This document shows, one piece after another, positions 24,470 to 37,336 of a DNA stretch of 64,000 nucleotides. Each line of letters starts with the position of its first letter. Within the stretch, counting starts at the first letter, position 1. Under the pieces are notes generated by a model that saw only the letters and a program-made list of their open reading frames with translations, was not told the origin of the DNA and did no database searches. Origin of the DNA: Ginglymostoma cirratum (taxonomy: Eukaryota); assembly GCA_024137785.1 (NCBI GenBank), contig JAHRHZ010000035.1, positions 15,402,856-15,466,855 of the forward strand, read 5' to 3'. Made by a program: the position numbers and the translations under genes.

Positions 24470-26685
24470 CAGTTTTAAGATAGTTATGAACAAGGATCAG
24501 TCAGGACCTTGCAGGAAGATACTAAATTGGAGGAAGCAAAATACGTCAGTATTAGGCAGCAACTAGGGAGTGTTAATTGGGAGGAGTTATCAGGCAAGTC
24601 CACATTTGGCATATGTGAATTGTTTAAAGACCTGCTGATGAAAGCTCAAGACCAGCATGTTCCAATAAGGAGGGAGGACAAGAACAGCAAAGCAAGGGAC
24701 CCTTGGATAATGAGGGAGATTGTAAATTTAGTCAAAAGGCAAGAAGAAGCATACATAAGGTTCAGGAAGCTAAATTCAGACAGGGGCTGTAAGGAATTTA
24801 AGGAAAGCAGTAGAAGTACTCAAATAGGGAATTAGGAGAGAAGATGGGGCCATGAAATGGCTTTGGCAAGTAGGGTTAAAAAGAATTCCAAGGCATTCTA
24901 TACATACATTAAAAACAAGAGGATAACTAGGGCAAAGGTACGACCACTCAAGGTTAAAGGAGGAAACTTGTTGCTTGGAGGCAGAGGATGTGGGTGAAAT
25001 CCTAAATGAGTACTTTGTATCAGTATTCACCCAAGAGAAAGATATGGAGGATAGTGAGATTTGTGTGGAGCATGCTAACATAATAGGGCATTTTGAGATC
25101 AAGAATTGGTGTTGGGTCTCTTGAAGAGCATTAACGTGGACAATCCTCAGGGCCCAAGGGCATCTACCCCATGTTACTGAGAGAGGCAAGACTGAAGATT
25201 GCCACGGCCTTGACCAAGACTTTGTATCCTTGCTAGCCAATGGAGAGGTCTTGGAGAACTGGCAAGTAGCTAATGTTGCTCCTTTGTTCAAGAATGGAAA
25301 TAGGGATAATCCAGGAAACTCCAGACCAGTGAGTCTCACATCGGTGGTTGGGAAGCTACTGGACAGAATTCTTAGGGATAGGACTTATGCACATTTGGAA
25401 AAGCATCGCCTAATAAGGAACAGTCAGTATGGCTTTGTACAGGGCAGGTCATGTCTTACAGACTTGGTATCTTTCACGGAGGTGATGAAGGTGATCGATG
25501 AGGCTAGAGCAGTGACATTGTCGAGAGGATTTTAGTAAGGCTTTTGACAAGGTCCCTCATGGTAGGTCCATCTAGAAGATTAAGATGCACGGGATCCACA
25601 ATGACTTGGCCGCGTGGATTCAGAATTGGTTTGCCCATAGAAGACAGACTGTAAAGGTGGAAGGGTGTTTGTCTGGCTGGAGGTCCGTGTCTAGTGGTGT
25701 TCCAAGGGGATCCATACAGGGACCTCTGCTGGTTGTGATAACGATAGACTTAGATGCAGATGTAGATGGGTGGGTTAGTAAGCTTTCAGACGATACACAG
25801 ATCAGTAGAGTTGTGGATAGTGCAGAAGATTGTCAAAGGATACAGCAGGATACAGATCAGTTACAGATATGGGCGGAGAAATGGCAAGTGGAGTTCAATC
25901 TCGCTAAGTGTGAAATGCTGCTCTTTGGGAGATCAAATGTTAAGGAAAAGTATACAGCTAATGGCAGGACTCTGAACAGCACTGATGTACAGTAGGATCT
26001 TGGGGTTCAAGTCCATGGCTCCCTAAAAGTGACCACACAAGTAGATAGGGTGGTAAAGGCGGCATATGGCATGCTCGCCTTTTTTTACTCAGGGAATTGA
26101 GCACACCAGTCAGGATGTCATGTTGCAGCTTTATAAAACTTTGGTTAGGCCACACTTAAGAGTATTGTGTTCGATTCTGGTCACCAGATTACAGGAAGGA
26201 TGTGGAGCCTTTAGAGATGGTGCAGAAGAGGTTTACCAGAATGCTGCCTGGATTAAGGGTTTGAACTATAAGGAGAGGCTATTAAAACTCGGGTTGTTTT
26301 CTCGAGTGGGGGGAGGCTTGATAGAAGTCTATAAAATTATGAGATGCATAGATAGGGTTGACAGCCAGAATCTTTTTCCCAGAGTTGAAATAACTAATAC
26401 TAGAGGGCATGCATTTAAGGTGAGAGGGGAGAAGTTCAAAGGATGTGTGAGGGGCAAGCTTTCTTTTGCACAGAGTGGAAGGAGTCTGGAACACACTGCT
26501 AGGGGTGGTGCTTTAGACAAATACAATAAGGGCATTTAAATGACTTTTAAGTAAGCATATGAATACGAAAGGGCTGGAGGGATATGGACCAAGGGCAGGC
26601 AGAAGGGAATAGTTTCATTTGGCATCATGTTTGGCACAACATTGCAGGTCGAAGGGCCCGTTCCTGTCCTGTATTGTTCTATCAT
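24470..26685 (+). mobile_element. CR1 (HER1-like) LINE, 5'-truncated, ORF2 frameshifted
   Basis: ORFs 24509, 25230 (WQVANVAPLFK...RPVSLTSVVGKLL), 25585 (GVPRGS...SDDT) and 26066; tail gaagggcccgttcctgtcctgtattgttctat. Confidence 0.96.
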
Positions 26686-27829
26686 AGTTAATCATCAAAT
26701 AAAAGGTTTTTGCTGATTATTTCCAACTGGGCCAATGCACATTTTCAAAGAAAAAAAAATTCTCCTCTTCATCTATGTCATTCTCATGATCTAAGAGAAA
26801 CTTTCACAGTTCATCAATTGCAGGACATGAAGAAGTGCTGAATTTTGATTTTAAATAATGTTCATGGAATTCGGTCATTATTTGCCTGGGATGAGACCAC
26901 ATGCATTGGGTAGGTTGAGAAAAGGAAAATGTGGTTCGACTATCTTGAAAACTAAGCATCTGGTTCTACGCAATGGCATTCGAGCAAATGGCACACAAGG
27001 AAGAAAAATATTAGTTATGCAGGGGAATTGATTTCTTTAATTTTGCAATGGTAAGAATTTACACATATGATCAGCTTGCTAAATTGTTTACATTACGTAT
27101 ATAAGAATGCAATGGCATGGATTTAGTCCCCATGCTTGCTGAGCTATTTCTCTTCTACTTGCGCCATTGTGACAATACAATAACATGTAAAGACTAATGA
27201 GAGAAAAAGATACGTGGAAAGCCATACTAGTGGCATCCTCCCTTGTCCAAGGAAGAGCAGGAAGCGCATTAGACGAAATTCTAAAGCCAAACGTTGCACT
27301 TTTGCTCAATTTTACTCGTATCTCTGAGACGAAAGAATATACTGAATAAGTGACCACTTTAAGAATCACACCGATTTCCAATGTATTCATTTTTCGTTAA
27401 TTTTATTATTATTTCCAACAGATGTCCAAGTTTAATTTTCCAAAGACTCACTTTTCTTGAAATAATGCCATATACAAAATGGAGGCATTTGTGCCAAAAG
27501 TAAATTAAACAAACAAATGTCAAGACCTAAAATTTTGTATTGATATGACTGCTTGCAATTTGCACTAAATAATGTAGTCTTTCACAGCCATGTTCACTCT
27601 GTTATAATAAAAGTAAACTCTCATTCAAATAATTAAAATTTAAGTAGAACATTCCATTTTCATCCAAAGCAACTTCCACCTCAATTTGAGAGAGATTGAC
27701 TTTGATAAAAAGAAAAAGGGTGCTGTTGGATCATCATACTTTGTTTTGAATCTTATAACCAATCTCGGGTGCAACATGCATTTCAGAAAAGGTAAAATCT
27801 AACTTCAGTTTTAAAAGGGCACAATCTCA

Positions 27830-28000
27830 GTTGAACTCCTCCCAATGTCATCCCTAATGGCACTGTGGATGTACCTACACCAAATGAGTTGTGGAAGTTC
27901 AAGAAGGCAGCTATCACTACTTTCTCCGTGGTAACAAGGATGGGCAATAAATGCTGGCCCAGCTATTACATTCCACGCCCACAAATGAATAAATAAAATT
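27830..28000 (+). mobile_element. Family B LINE 3' end
   Basis: gcactgtggatgtacctacacc...ttcaagaaggcagct...ggatgggcaataaatgctggc. Confidence 0.75.
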
Positions 28001-28211
28001 GTAACACTCACTTGACAAAATCATCAATATCTTCATCATGAATAAAGTACAACAGGCATTTATCTGAAAGTGACTACTCATTAAAATTAAGACAATAGAA
28101 CAAAAGAATTGAGGGGGAAATCAACTTATACTCATCTGCTGTAATACATTTCCCTGAAGTAGAGACAGGAAGAAGTTTCTCTTATCATAAGCTTGCATTT
28201 TTTCGACCCAC

Positions 28212-28339
28212 CTGCATGCCAGATGCAGACTGTGACATGTTCTGAAACATTTCAAGTACGGTGCGCTGTTTTAGCAGTTTGGTCTTCTTCTTAGGAGCCA
28301 GGCTATAAGTTCCCATTTTCCTCTTCTTCTTCCTAGCCA
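28212..28339 (-). CDS. EHMT1: EHMT1 exon 5 equivalent, 128 nt, basic NLS-like: [43 protein letters not shown]
   Basis: Hand-translated (not in ORF track). Near-identical to GLP [30 protein letters not shown]. Acceptor tttgacag, donor CAG|gtgggt. Confidence 0.93.
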
Positions 28340-28773
28340 CTGTCAAAGTTTTAATTATTTTGAATATTTAACACGTTGAAGAGTGTGAAATTTGTTACTT
28401 TAAGTCATGGCTGTCTTTCAGATTTGTATCTGCTGCTTTGTCAATCAGAAATGCATGTAGTTTACACAAATGGATCTGTGGTAATGCACTGTCTGATTAT
28501 GTGTTACATGCTGTGCTATTTGGCCTTTAAATAAAAATAAATACTAAAATACCATCTCCAACTATTTTAAAAATTAACATTTCTGTCATAGCATGATCTC
28601 TTCTATGCAGTCAGTCATTTTAAATTTACAGCAAGAGATTTCATCTAGTAATTACTGTGCTTAAAACACTCATTCTTTTACATAAAACAATGATGTCCAT
28701 ACATGCTCAACACTACACTGAACGCACAATCAAATGAAAACTTACTGCATTCCAGTTTAGTTTTTCTTATTAC

Positions 28774-28924
28774 CTGACTGCGGTTTGCTAGTGGCAGTAC
28801 TGTTCTGATTCTGAGGTAGTATCAGTTGCTGGGGTGGTGTTGGTTGTGGTGATGGAGGTGGCGGTGGCTTTTTCCCACATTCTAGACTATTTACACTTTC
28901 TTCCTTTGGGTCTTTGTTTGGTGG
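28774..28924 (-). CDS. EHMT1: EHMT1 exon 4 equivalent, 151 nt, Pro/Gln-rich: PPNKDPKEE...LPQNQNSTATSKPQS
   Basis: Resembles human GLP KEPKEE...LPQNQ...ATTKSQT. Pyrimidine tract ttttgtacttctacctttcaaag (AAG acceptor), donor G|gtaata, phase 0-1. Confidence 0.85.
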
Positions 28925-29974
28925 CTTTGAAAGGTAGAAGTACAAAATTAAAGCTTTTTAAACACTGCGATTTAAAAGTAACACTCCAGTTATTATAACT
29001 GATATAAAGTATGTCCTGGTAAAGGATGTTTGCAAATTTAATACAGATGAAATAAATTTAGTCAAAGCCAATTGCTGTCAGTGAATAAGACCTTAGCTGG
29101 TCCTTTTGTGAAATTAGTTCCCTGATACTGTGTACTATTGAACACAACTCAATTATCTGCTCACAAACTTTTGACACAGCACAAGTTTCTTTAAAACAGT
29201 TCCAGCTGGATAAAACAGAAACAAAACCAAAATCTTGTGACAATATTGCAGCAGGTAGTTCACTAATTAAAATTACCTTTTTCACATGATAATTTTGACA
29301 TTTTCACAAGCCTATCTGGATCAGATGATGAGTATATAACTGCAAATTAATTATGAATGCGAACTTCAGCTTTCTAATGCAAAGTACAAATGTAAAATAT
29401 ATCAAAAGTTAAGGCATCAATCGATTTCCTGAATTCTCTTAATCTTGATTATAAAACCGCAGATATATATTGAACAATCCTTAGTTGTGAAAAACCACAA
29501 CTGATTTTATTCAGGCTTTTTTTTTTCACATTGTGCAATTTTTGATTTGACTGGTACAGGTTTTAAGATTGTAGCTATTTTCATTAGAATAAAGTGATTT
29601 GACAAGTATGGTAACAATTACGATTGAATAGGACAGAGTAGAGAGATAAAACACAGTTTTATTGATTCTAGAGTCTGCAACAAAGAAACACACGTTTAAA
29701 ATTAATTGCTTAAAACTTAGTACAGATTGCAAAAGAAACTTGTTTGCTGAACGCCAAAAGGCTCCAGAATTCATAGTGTTTGTGATTAAATATCATACGA
29801 TATGTTGTTAGTCATTCATGGGACATGGGTGTCCAACATCTACTGTCCATTCTTAATCAGCTTTGACTGTTGTCAACTTTTGAGAGGTCAGATAATTGGT
29901 GAAGGAAAAAGAGGGTTAATGGGCACTGGAACATGGTTTTAGCATTAGTTTATTTGGAGGATGACACCAACCTG

Positions 29975-31170
29975 TCACTCAACCAGTTTCCCAGCTGTGT
30001 CATTAATTACCCTCAATCCAATGGGCATGTACCTTAGTTAACAGTCTCTTATGTGGGACTTTATCAAATGCTTCCTGGAAGCCCACATAAATAACATCCA
30101 CAGACCGTCCCCCTCTACTACCTTAGTCACCTCTTCAAAAAATTCAATAAGGTTTGTCACACATGACCTACCTGTCATGCATCCATGCTGACTAACTGAA
30201 ACATTTAAAGGTGTTAAGTTATCTTATCCTCAATTATAGATTCAAACAATTCCCAACAATATTGAAGCTCCACACCTCCCCACATGTGTTAGGCTAACTG
30301 GTCTTGAAATTCCTGGTTTTCCTCTTTCTCGCTTCTTAAAAAAGTAGAGTGACGTGCAATTTTCCAATCCAGAAGGGCAACTCCTGTATCAACAAAACTC
30401 TGAAAGATCACAGTTAGGACTTCTACAATGGGCTTCCCTACTTCCTTTAATACCCTTGACGGAAACCATCAGATACTGGGGATTTGTCATTGTTTCGTTC
30501 TGGTATTTTCCTCATTTTTGACATTTGACTTAAATTACGTTCATTCAATCCCTGCCCTTGATCCACTATTAATTCTCTTGGAACTTTTAACAACCTATCC
30601 TCTTTTTCTACTGTAAATACTGAGGCAAAGTAATCATTCAACATGCCTGCCACTTCACCATAGTCACTGACAATATTCCCACTTTCAGTCCTAGTAGGTC
30701 AACATTGCTCCTGACCTCTCACTTTCCCTTTATGCAATTATAATATTCCTTCCTATTGATTTTTACGTCCATTGCAAGCTTTCTTTCATAATCCTTTTTA
30801 GTAGGTCTTACAAGCCCCACCCAGTCTTTGTATATTTGCCATTTGACAGGATCTGTCCTGTATTTCGCACTTTGAAGCAGTTTTTAAAATTTTATGCTGT
30901 CCCCTCTCTCTTTAGTTGTCCATCACTGTTTTTTCTGTTAAGTGAAATTTTCCCACCCAGGGCTTTAAACTGGTTCTGCATTGCATTTAAATGTTTCTTT
31001 CAACAGCACCCACCAATCAGTTATTTTATTCATTAGCATATTTTCCCAGTTAAATGTGGACAGTCTTCACCACATCTCCTTAAAGTCAGCCTTACCTAAA
31101 TCTAAAATCTAGGAGCTGATTCATGCTTTTCACTTTCAAATGTTACACTGAACTCAATTATGTTACAATC
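29975..31170 (-). mobile_element. CR1 LINE internal ORF2 fragment
   Basis: ORF 30447..30653 MAGMLNDYFASVFT; ttatcaaatgcttcctggaag is antisense FQEAFDK. Confidence 0.85.
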
Positions 31171-31439
31171 TCTATGACAGATTTCATTACTGCAAAATTA
31201 GAAACTGAGTGCTTAGCCTTCAAAGTAAAAGTCAGTATTCCTAACAGGTGACGACTGCTACCTCTTTTCTCTCTTTCCGTCGACAGTAATTTGGGAATCA
31301 TATTTATCTAACAAACAGTGCTGCTGGCCAGGGATCAATTCATTTTGATAACTGAGAATCAACTTTTAATCCAATTAATGCATTTGTCCAAATGCAATTA
31401 GAGCGACAACTGTGACAGCCCAATCATTGTTGGTTTATT

Positions 31440-31815
31440 TTAACCCATGTGTATGTTGCTGGCTAGGCCAGTGTTTATTGTCCATCCATTCCTTAATTGC
31501 CCTGGATAAGGTGTTAGTGCGCTGTCTTCTGGAAATGATGGAAATGTGGTGAAAGAACGGCAATACATTTCCATTTGCAGCTTTGAGTGAAACGTGAATT
31601 TGGTAGTCTTCCCATACAGCTGCTGCCTTTGCCCTTGTGGGTGGTGGAGGTTGTGGGTTTGAAAGGTATTATCCAAGCCTTGGTGAGTTGGTGAAAGCAC
31701 CTTGTAAATGGTGTGTTGCTGTTGGCGTTAAATGGAGTGCAATCAAGCAGTCTGCTTCAGCTAGAGGAAAGTCAATCAAATGGGCTGCTTTATCTTCAGA
31801 TTCGGTTCTAAGAAC
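31440..31815 (-). mobile_element. Family B LINE 3' fragment
   Basis: gctggctaggccagtgtttattgtccatcc...ctgctgcctttgcccttgtgggtgg. Confidence 0.7.
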
Positions 31816-32519
31816 TGTTTAAGTTTTGAACATTTCTACTTTTATTGTTAAGGCACTTTCCTAGAAATGTTGAAGAGTTTGTGAGCAAACCATAATGAGA
31901 TTGCTTTTCAAACCAGTACTCATAATAAACTAGAGATAGTAAGAACTGACTTACATCAGTTCTTTCTTGCTGGAGCTGGAAAAGAACTTGGAAAGGAAAT
32001 AAGTAAATTCAGCTAGGGTACATATTGGAACAAATTTCAAAGGTGAGAACAGGGAGGTTGCTCTGCTAATGTACATCAAGAGTTCACCTCTAAATTAATA
32101 AAATATTAATTGAAATATTGCCATAATCACATACAAATTGGCAGGGGAGCAAACTGATCAGGAAATCATAAGGGACTTGTGTACAGAAACGGGTTCCTTC
32201 ACACTGGCATCAACTCAAACTGTGAGAAGCTGCACTGATAAAATTGGGTACAGTGAGCCAGGATGAGAACTGTGCCTGAGTGGAAAGGGTAAAGTGTAAG
32301 ATGGCAAAGGCTTCAAATTAGTAAAATACAGACAAGGATCTACAAGAAACATTAGTAACCTAAATGCAAATGAAATGGGGAATGAGAACATAAAAATAAA
32401 AAGTGAGGGTGGATATTGATGGTAGTGGAATAAAGAGTGTTATGGAACAGTAGCACATGATGAGGATTAAACACAGTGAAAAAAAATCCTTTTAAAAAAT
32501 TAGTTACAATATCTGTGTA

Positions 32520-33200
32520 ACAGCGGACACAATGTCCTTAATAAAGCAGGGGCTGTGTTTGGAGGAACCAAGATAGTAATTACTGAAACAAGGCTACAGA
32601 AAAATCATGTAGGGAATTAAACATTGCAGGGTATCCTACATGGCAAAGATAGGAAAATGGGGAATGGAGTCGCTGTAGTCATGGAGGATAAATAATGACA
32701 CCAAAAAATAGGGACATAGCTATAAGAATGACAACACTACTACCATATGGATGAGAGATACAAGATAATAAAGTGTGAATCATACTAATAGATGTAGTCT
32801 ATAGACCACATATTATTGGAATGGAGGTAGAGAAAGAAATATGTAAACAAATTGGGATATAGAGTTATAAAACAGAATAATAATCATTGGGATTTCAACT
32901 ACCCTTATTGTAAATGCACAGAAGACAGAAGTGGGCAAAAGAGATAACAGACTGGAGTTCCTACAATGGGTTTAACTTCCTTTCTAACACACATCAAGAA
33001 ACAAGAAGAGGCCACTCAGCCATTTCAGCCTGTTTTGCCATTCACCAAGATCATGGTTGATCCTATTTTAACCTAAACTCTACATTCCTGAATATTCCCA
33101 ATAATCTTTCATCCCTTGGTAATCAATCAACCAACCTGATATGTAAAAATCCAAACAAGGCAAAATTCACAACTGGATCTAGTAATAAGGAAAGGGTCAA
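32520..33200 (+). mobile_element. Decayed CR1 endonuclease-region fragment with an opposite-strand CR1 tail nested at about 32995-33125
   Basis: Remnants of ITET, VVYRP, IIIGDFNYP and LDLV APE motifs. Confidence 0.6.
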
Positions 33201-33631
33201 AGCAGATAATAAAAATCGTAGCTAGCAATTCAGAATACTCAAAATCCTAATTTATTCACAGATCAGTCGAGAATGGCCTATTTCTGTGCCTTATCTCCTG
33301 CATTTAAATCACATCGAGACTGATGAAATGAAGAACTCAAAAGGAGCTTGCACAAAAGGGACTGAATTGCTTGGATTGAGTTACCATCGAGATTTCAATG
33401 ATGTTACTAGCTGATCTCATTCATACCTTGTGTTAACACAGGATGTCCAAATTGTAACACTGACAAGTTTATTTTGATCAGCACAAATATTTTCTCTCTT
33501 GTATGTACACAACACAATGGATGGAACATTTTTAAAAAAACATTAGTTATTAAAACAAACACCTGGAGGTTAGATTTCAGCAAATCTTTGATGACTTCAC
33601 CTCAATCATTAATCATTCACACAGTAATTTT

Positions 33632-33993
33632 TTTTTAAATTTGTTCATGGGATATAGGTATTGCTGGCTAGGCCAGCATTTATTGCACATATGCAAGTTA
33701 AGAATCAAACACATTGCTGTCTGAGTGGGTCAGGAATCACATTCAGCCAGACCAGGTAAGGATGGCAAATTTCCTTTTCGAAAAGGACATTAGTAAACCA
33801 AATGGGTTTGTGTTTAATGACAATTGACAGTGGTTACATGGACACTATTAAACAAGCTTTTTATTCCAGTTTTTGTTTTATTGAATTCATATTTCACCAA
33901 CTGCCACAGTGACACCTAACCCATGTCCTCAGATCAGGAAGCAGGGTTTCTGAATTCCTAGTCCAGTGGCAATATCACTAGAGTCCAACCTCC
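33632..33993 (-). mobile_element. tRNA-derived Meta-domain SINE, near full length
   Basis: gccagcatttattgc tail; ccagaccaggtaaggatggcaaatttcc...ggacattagtaaaccaaatggg. Confidence 0.8.
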
Positions 33994-34489
33994 CTGTTTC
34001 ACCCAGCATCCATCAATCATTGTTTGAAATGGGGGAGAAAAGGAAATTTTTAAAATTCCCACTGCCTTTTAAAAACATAAGCAGATTTTCCACAGAGATA
34101 TATTGGTATAATCAACCTACTTAAACACGTTATGACACACCTTCAGAGTAACTGGGATGTCAACCTGGGCCTGCTAGCCCAGAGATGCTACCACTCTGTT
34201 ACAGGTCTCTCAGTTCCTCTCCATGTACTTTTGTCTAGGCTCTAGATGACATTGAACACCTCTATCAAATCTCTTAAAACTTCTCTTCTGTAGCAGGTCC
34301 AGTATCTCAAATTTATTTATGTAACACATGCATCTCATCCCTGGAGTCATTCTAGCAAGGCCACAAATTTGGAAAATTACCCCTTTAGTTCTAACACTGC
34401 TTGAATAATATAGCAACGAGTTTCATAATTTGTATTGGAAAAAGATATTCAAATTCTTAAAATATGTCAAACACAAGAAATTGGGAATT

Positions 34490-35375
34490 AAAAACAGAAA
34501 ATGCTGAATTACTCAACAGGCTTCACAGCACGTGTGGAAAGAGAAACAGGGTTAAAACCTCAAAGTGTGTGATATTTCAATTCTAACAAGAAATTGTACT
34601 AAATCTCACCAAATGTTTCTCTCATTATTTTCCGTTATCCCCCATTGTCTTCAAGAGGGTTTTAACCTTGAATGTCAGACTGAATCTCAGAAGATTAAGA
34701 AGCTGATAATAATCTTTCCTCTGTTGCAGAGACAAAAAGAATGAGGCAAACATATTCTCAACTGAGGATGTCCTTCCATTGAGGTTTTCAGGAGCATCAT
34801 TCTCAGTCTATCCCATTTCTTATTCCTCTGAATCCTTCTTAAAAACCCTCAAACCTCACATTCCACCTTGCAAACCTCTGCATCAGACAGGATATCTTCT
34901 ACCTTCCAAAACATAATCACATGACGAGGCACAACTTCTCCTCCCTCACAATACTCCAAGCACTTAATTCCTCCTCTTCTGACATGTATAGCACCGTTTT
35001 TTTTTGCTGGCGCCTTTCATTACAACCGAAAAAGTGTTAAAACACATGCCCCATTTAGCTCCTGCTGTAGCACTAAGAAATATTCCAGATTCTCTTTCAC
35101 TATAGGAACCAAGTGATATACATGTCCTCCAGCCTAGTATATAGTTTCAGGCCTTTAAAACACCTGTGATCAAGACATTATAGATTGAAAGGAACACAAT
35201 TGGACAGGGGAAATTACTTTTAAAATCACACGCAAGCAAAAAAGCACCAGCGAAGTGCTTCAGTGAGGAACTGACTTCTGTTTCTTTTCCACAGATACAG
35301 TTAGAGCTGCTGAGTACTTATACAGTTTTCAGTTTATGTTTGTAGATTTCTCCCATCTGCGGCATTTGTTTTGTT
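34490..35375 (+). mobile_element. Old Penelope-like element remnant flanked by inverted terminal repeats
   Basis: aaaacagaaaatgctg...gtggaaagagaaacag at left and its inverse ctgtttcttttccacagat... at right; decayed interior. Confidence 0.5.
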
Positions 35376-35546
35376 CACCAGCTCTCCATTAGCTTTGATC
35401 TAAAACCAATCTCAGCCACACACATCACAAATACTTGCAATTCAAGAAGACAGAATCTCCACTGATCTTTGCTGGGCTACAAATGACCACACTACCCAAG
35501 TTAGGCAAAATGGAAAACTGATTCACTCCTATTGCTCACAAGTACG

Positions 35547-35848
35547 AATCATAGAATCCCTACAGTGTGGAAACAGGCCCTTCGGCCCAACAAGTCCACT
35601 CCGACCCTCAGAGCACCCCACCCAGACCCATCCCCCTAAAACCCACTTAATTTACACCTCCTTGAACACTATGGGCAATTTAGCATGGCCAATCCACTTA
35701 ACCTGCATGTGTTTGGACTGTCGGAGGAAACCGGAGCACCCGGAGGAAACCTACGTCGACACGGGGAGAATGTGCAACCTCCACACAGACAGTCGTCTGA
35801 GGGTAGAATCGAACCTGGTCCCCGGCACTGTGAGGCAGCAGTGCTACC
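35547..35848 (-). mobile_element. HE1-type V-SINE, relatively young (CpGs retained)
   Basis: catagaatccctacagtgtggaaacaggcccttcggccc...ggaggaaaccggagcacccggagg...ctgtgaggcagcagtgcta. Confidence 0.92.
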
Positions 35849-36966
35849 CTAAATTTTGTATCAAGTTAGTGACCTCAGAAGGAACTAAGCATCAACAATG
35901 ATGCATGGTATCTGAATTAAATGCTAGCAGTTTTCCTTTCTCTGAAGGACAGTTGTAAAGTTTGCGGTGTTATGATCGCAGCTGAAGTTATTACTGGACA
36001 GGTTAGATCCCAGGCTGAAATATGGCTTGAGAATTTTTTTTTTAATTTCAGAAGGTAATCTTTCACTGAGTCACAAGCATACATTGCTGCAGATCTGGTG
36101 TTACAAAATATATTAAGAGTTTAATACATAAAAGAAATGAAGATAAATTAATAAACCAAGCTATTTCCATACAACATATTTTGAAAGATTCCGAAACACA
36201 GCAAAAATATTCCATCTACCGCAACAGCATCCCTCTAGACCAGAGAGGATTACCTTCCCTATCAGATCAATAGGTTTGATTTAACTGCTGCTTTCAATTC
36301 CCAATGTTGAGAGTCTAATAGTGCATGAACATTCAACAAAGAAGCCAAGTTTAAACTTTCTCAGCTTCAAATAACACTTTCAAGCTGATACCCAAACAAT
36401 CCTAGCCTAGGACTTTCAAACTAAATCCTCGCATTGAGGTAACCTATTTCTAATTTTTCTGAATTAATTCTTTGTTCCAGGAAAATTATATTCTTACATC
36501 AGACTTCAACCAGGAATTCTACGGACTGAAAACAAACGCTTTCCAAAAATATGGGTGTTTCCCCAAAGAAAAATGAGTGCTGATCCTTCTAACTGAAAGC
36601 AAGCTCTTGCCCTTCAACATTTATTACGTCTACTCGTAAAACTTTCCCAATGCAAACAAATTACCATTAGCACTCCTGAAACTATGCCGTTCATGATGGT
36701 TTCAAAAAAACCATGGCTCTAAAAATACTGACATGTCAATCATAAAGCCCTATCATACACATAGACCAAAACTGAACTAACAGCATATTTACTTCACACA
36801 CCCCTAAACTATACCTTCCTACAATCACAACTAATAGCTGCTCTGCACTCCAAGCTCTAGACTCTAATATAGGCCAGGCAGATTTCCTTCCCCAAAGAAC
36901 TTTACTGAACCAAATAGGTTTTTCTACAATCAAGAGAATAATTTAATTATTAATTCATTCACTTAC

Positions 36967-37110
36967 CTTGTGAAGTTCTTGCTCCCTACCAAACAACCCC
37001 GCTGCTGGCACCAACCACTGGCAGCCATACATGCAGCACTTGCTCCTGGAACTTCCCAACATACAAACCCACAAATAAGCATACCCCTTAAACTGACCAA
37101 TCAAAACAGT
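36967..37110 (-). other. Candidate alternative EHMT1 exon in intron 3 (144 nt, phase 0-0, open frame), or alternative first exon
   Basis: Acceptor ccctttctgttcag, donor AAG|gtaagt, 48 stop-free codons in the exon 3/exon 4 frame, two internal in-frame ATGs. No expression evidence available. Confidence 0.4.
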
Positions 37111-37336
37111 CTGAACAGAAAGGGTTTTTAACTACGAGTCAATGCTGTGCATAACTGAAGCTCTCTCTGTAAAGCCAAAGGTAATAATTTTTCTGCAAAA
37201 GTAAATACTTCACAATTCTCAATGCTCTATTCCTTACTGTGACATCTGGTTAAAAGTGATTAATTCTGAATTTGAGTTAATTAGACAAAAGTTCGTAACC
37301 AGCAACAGCAGTTTTTATTTAAGGGCAAATTCTCAC

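Noticed and set aside
24776-25339. 187-aa minus-strand ORF
   Set aside because: Antisense shadow of the CR1 ORF2, not a gene.
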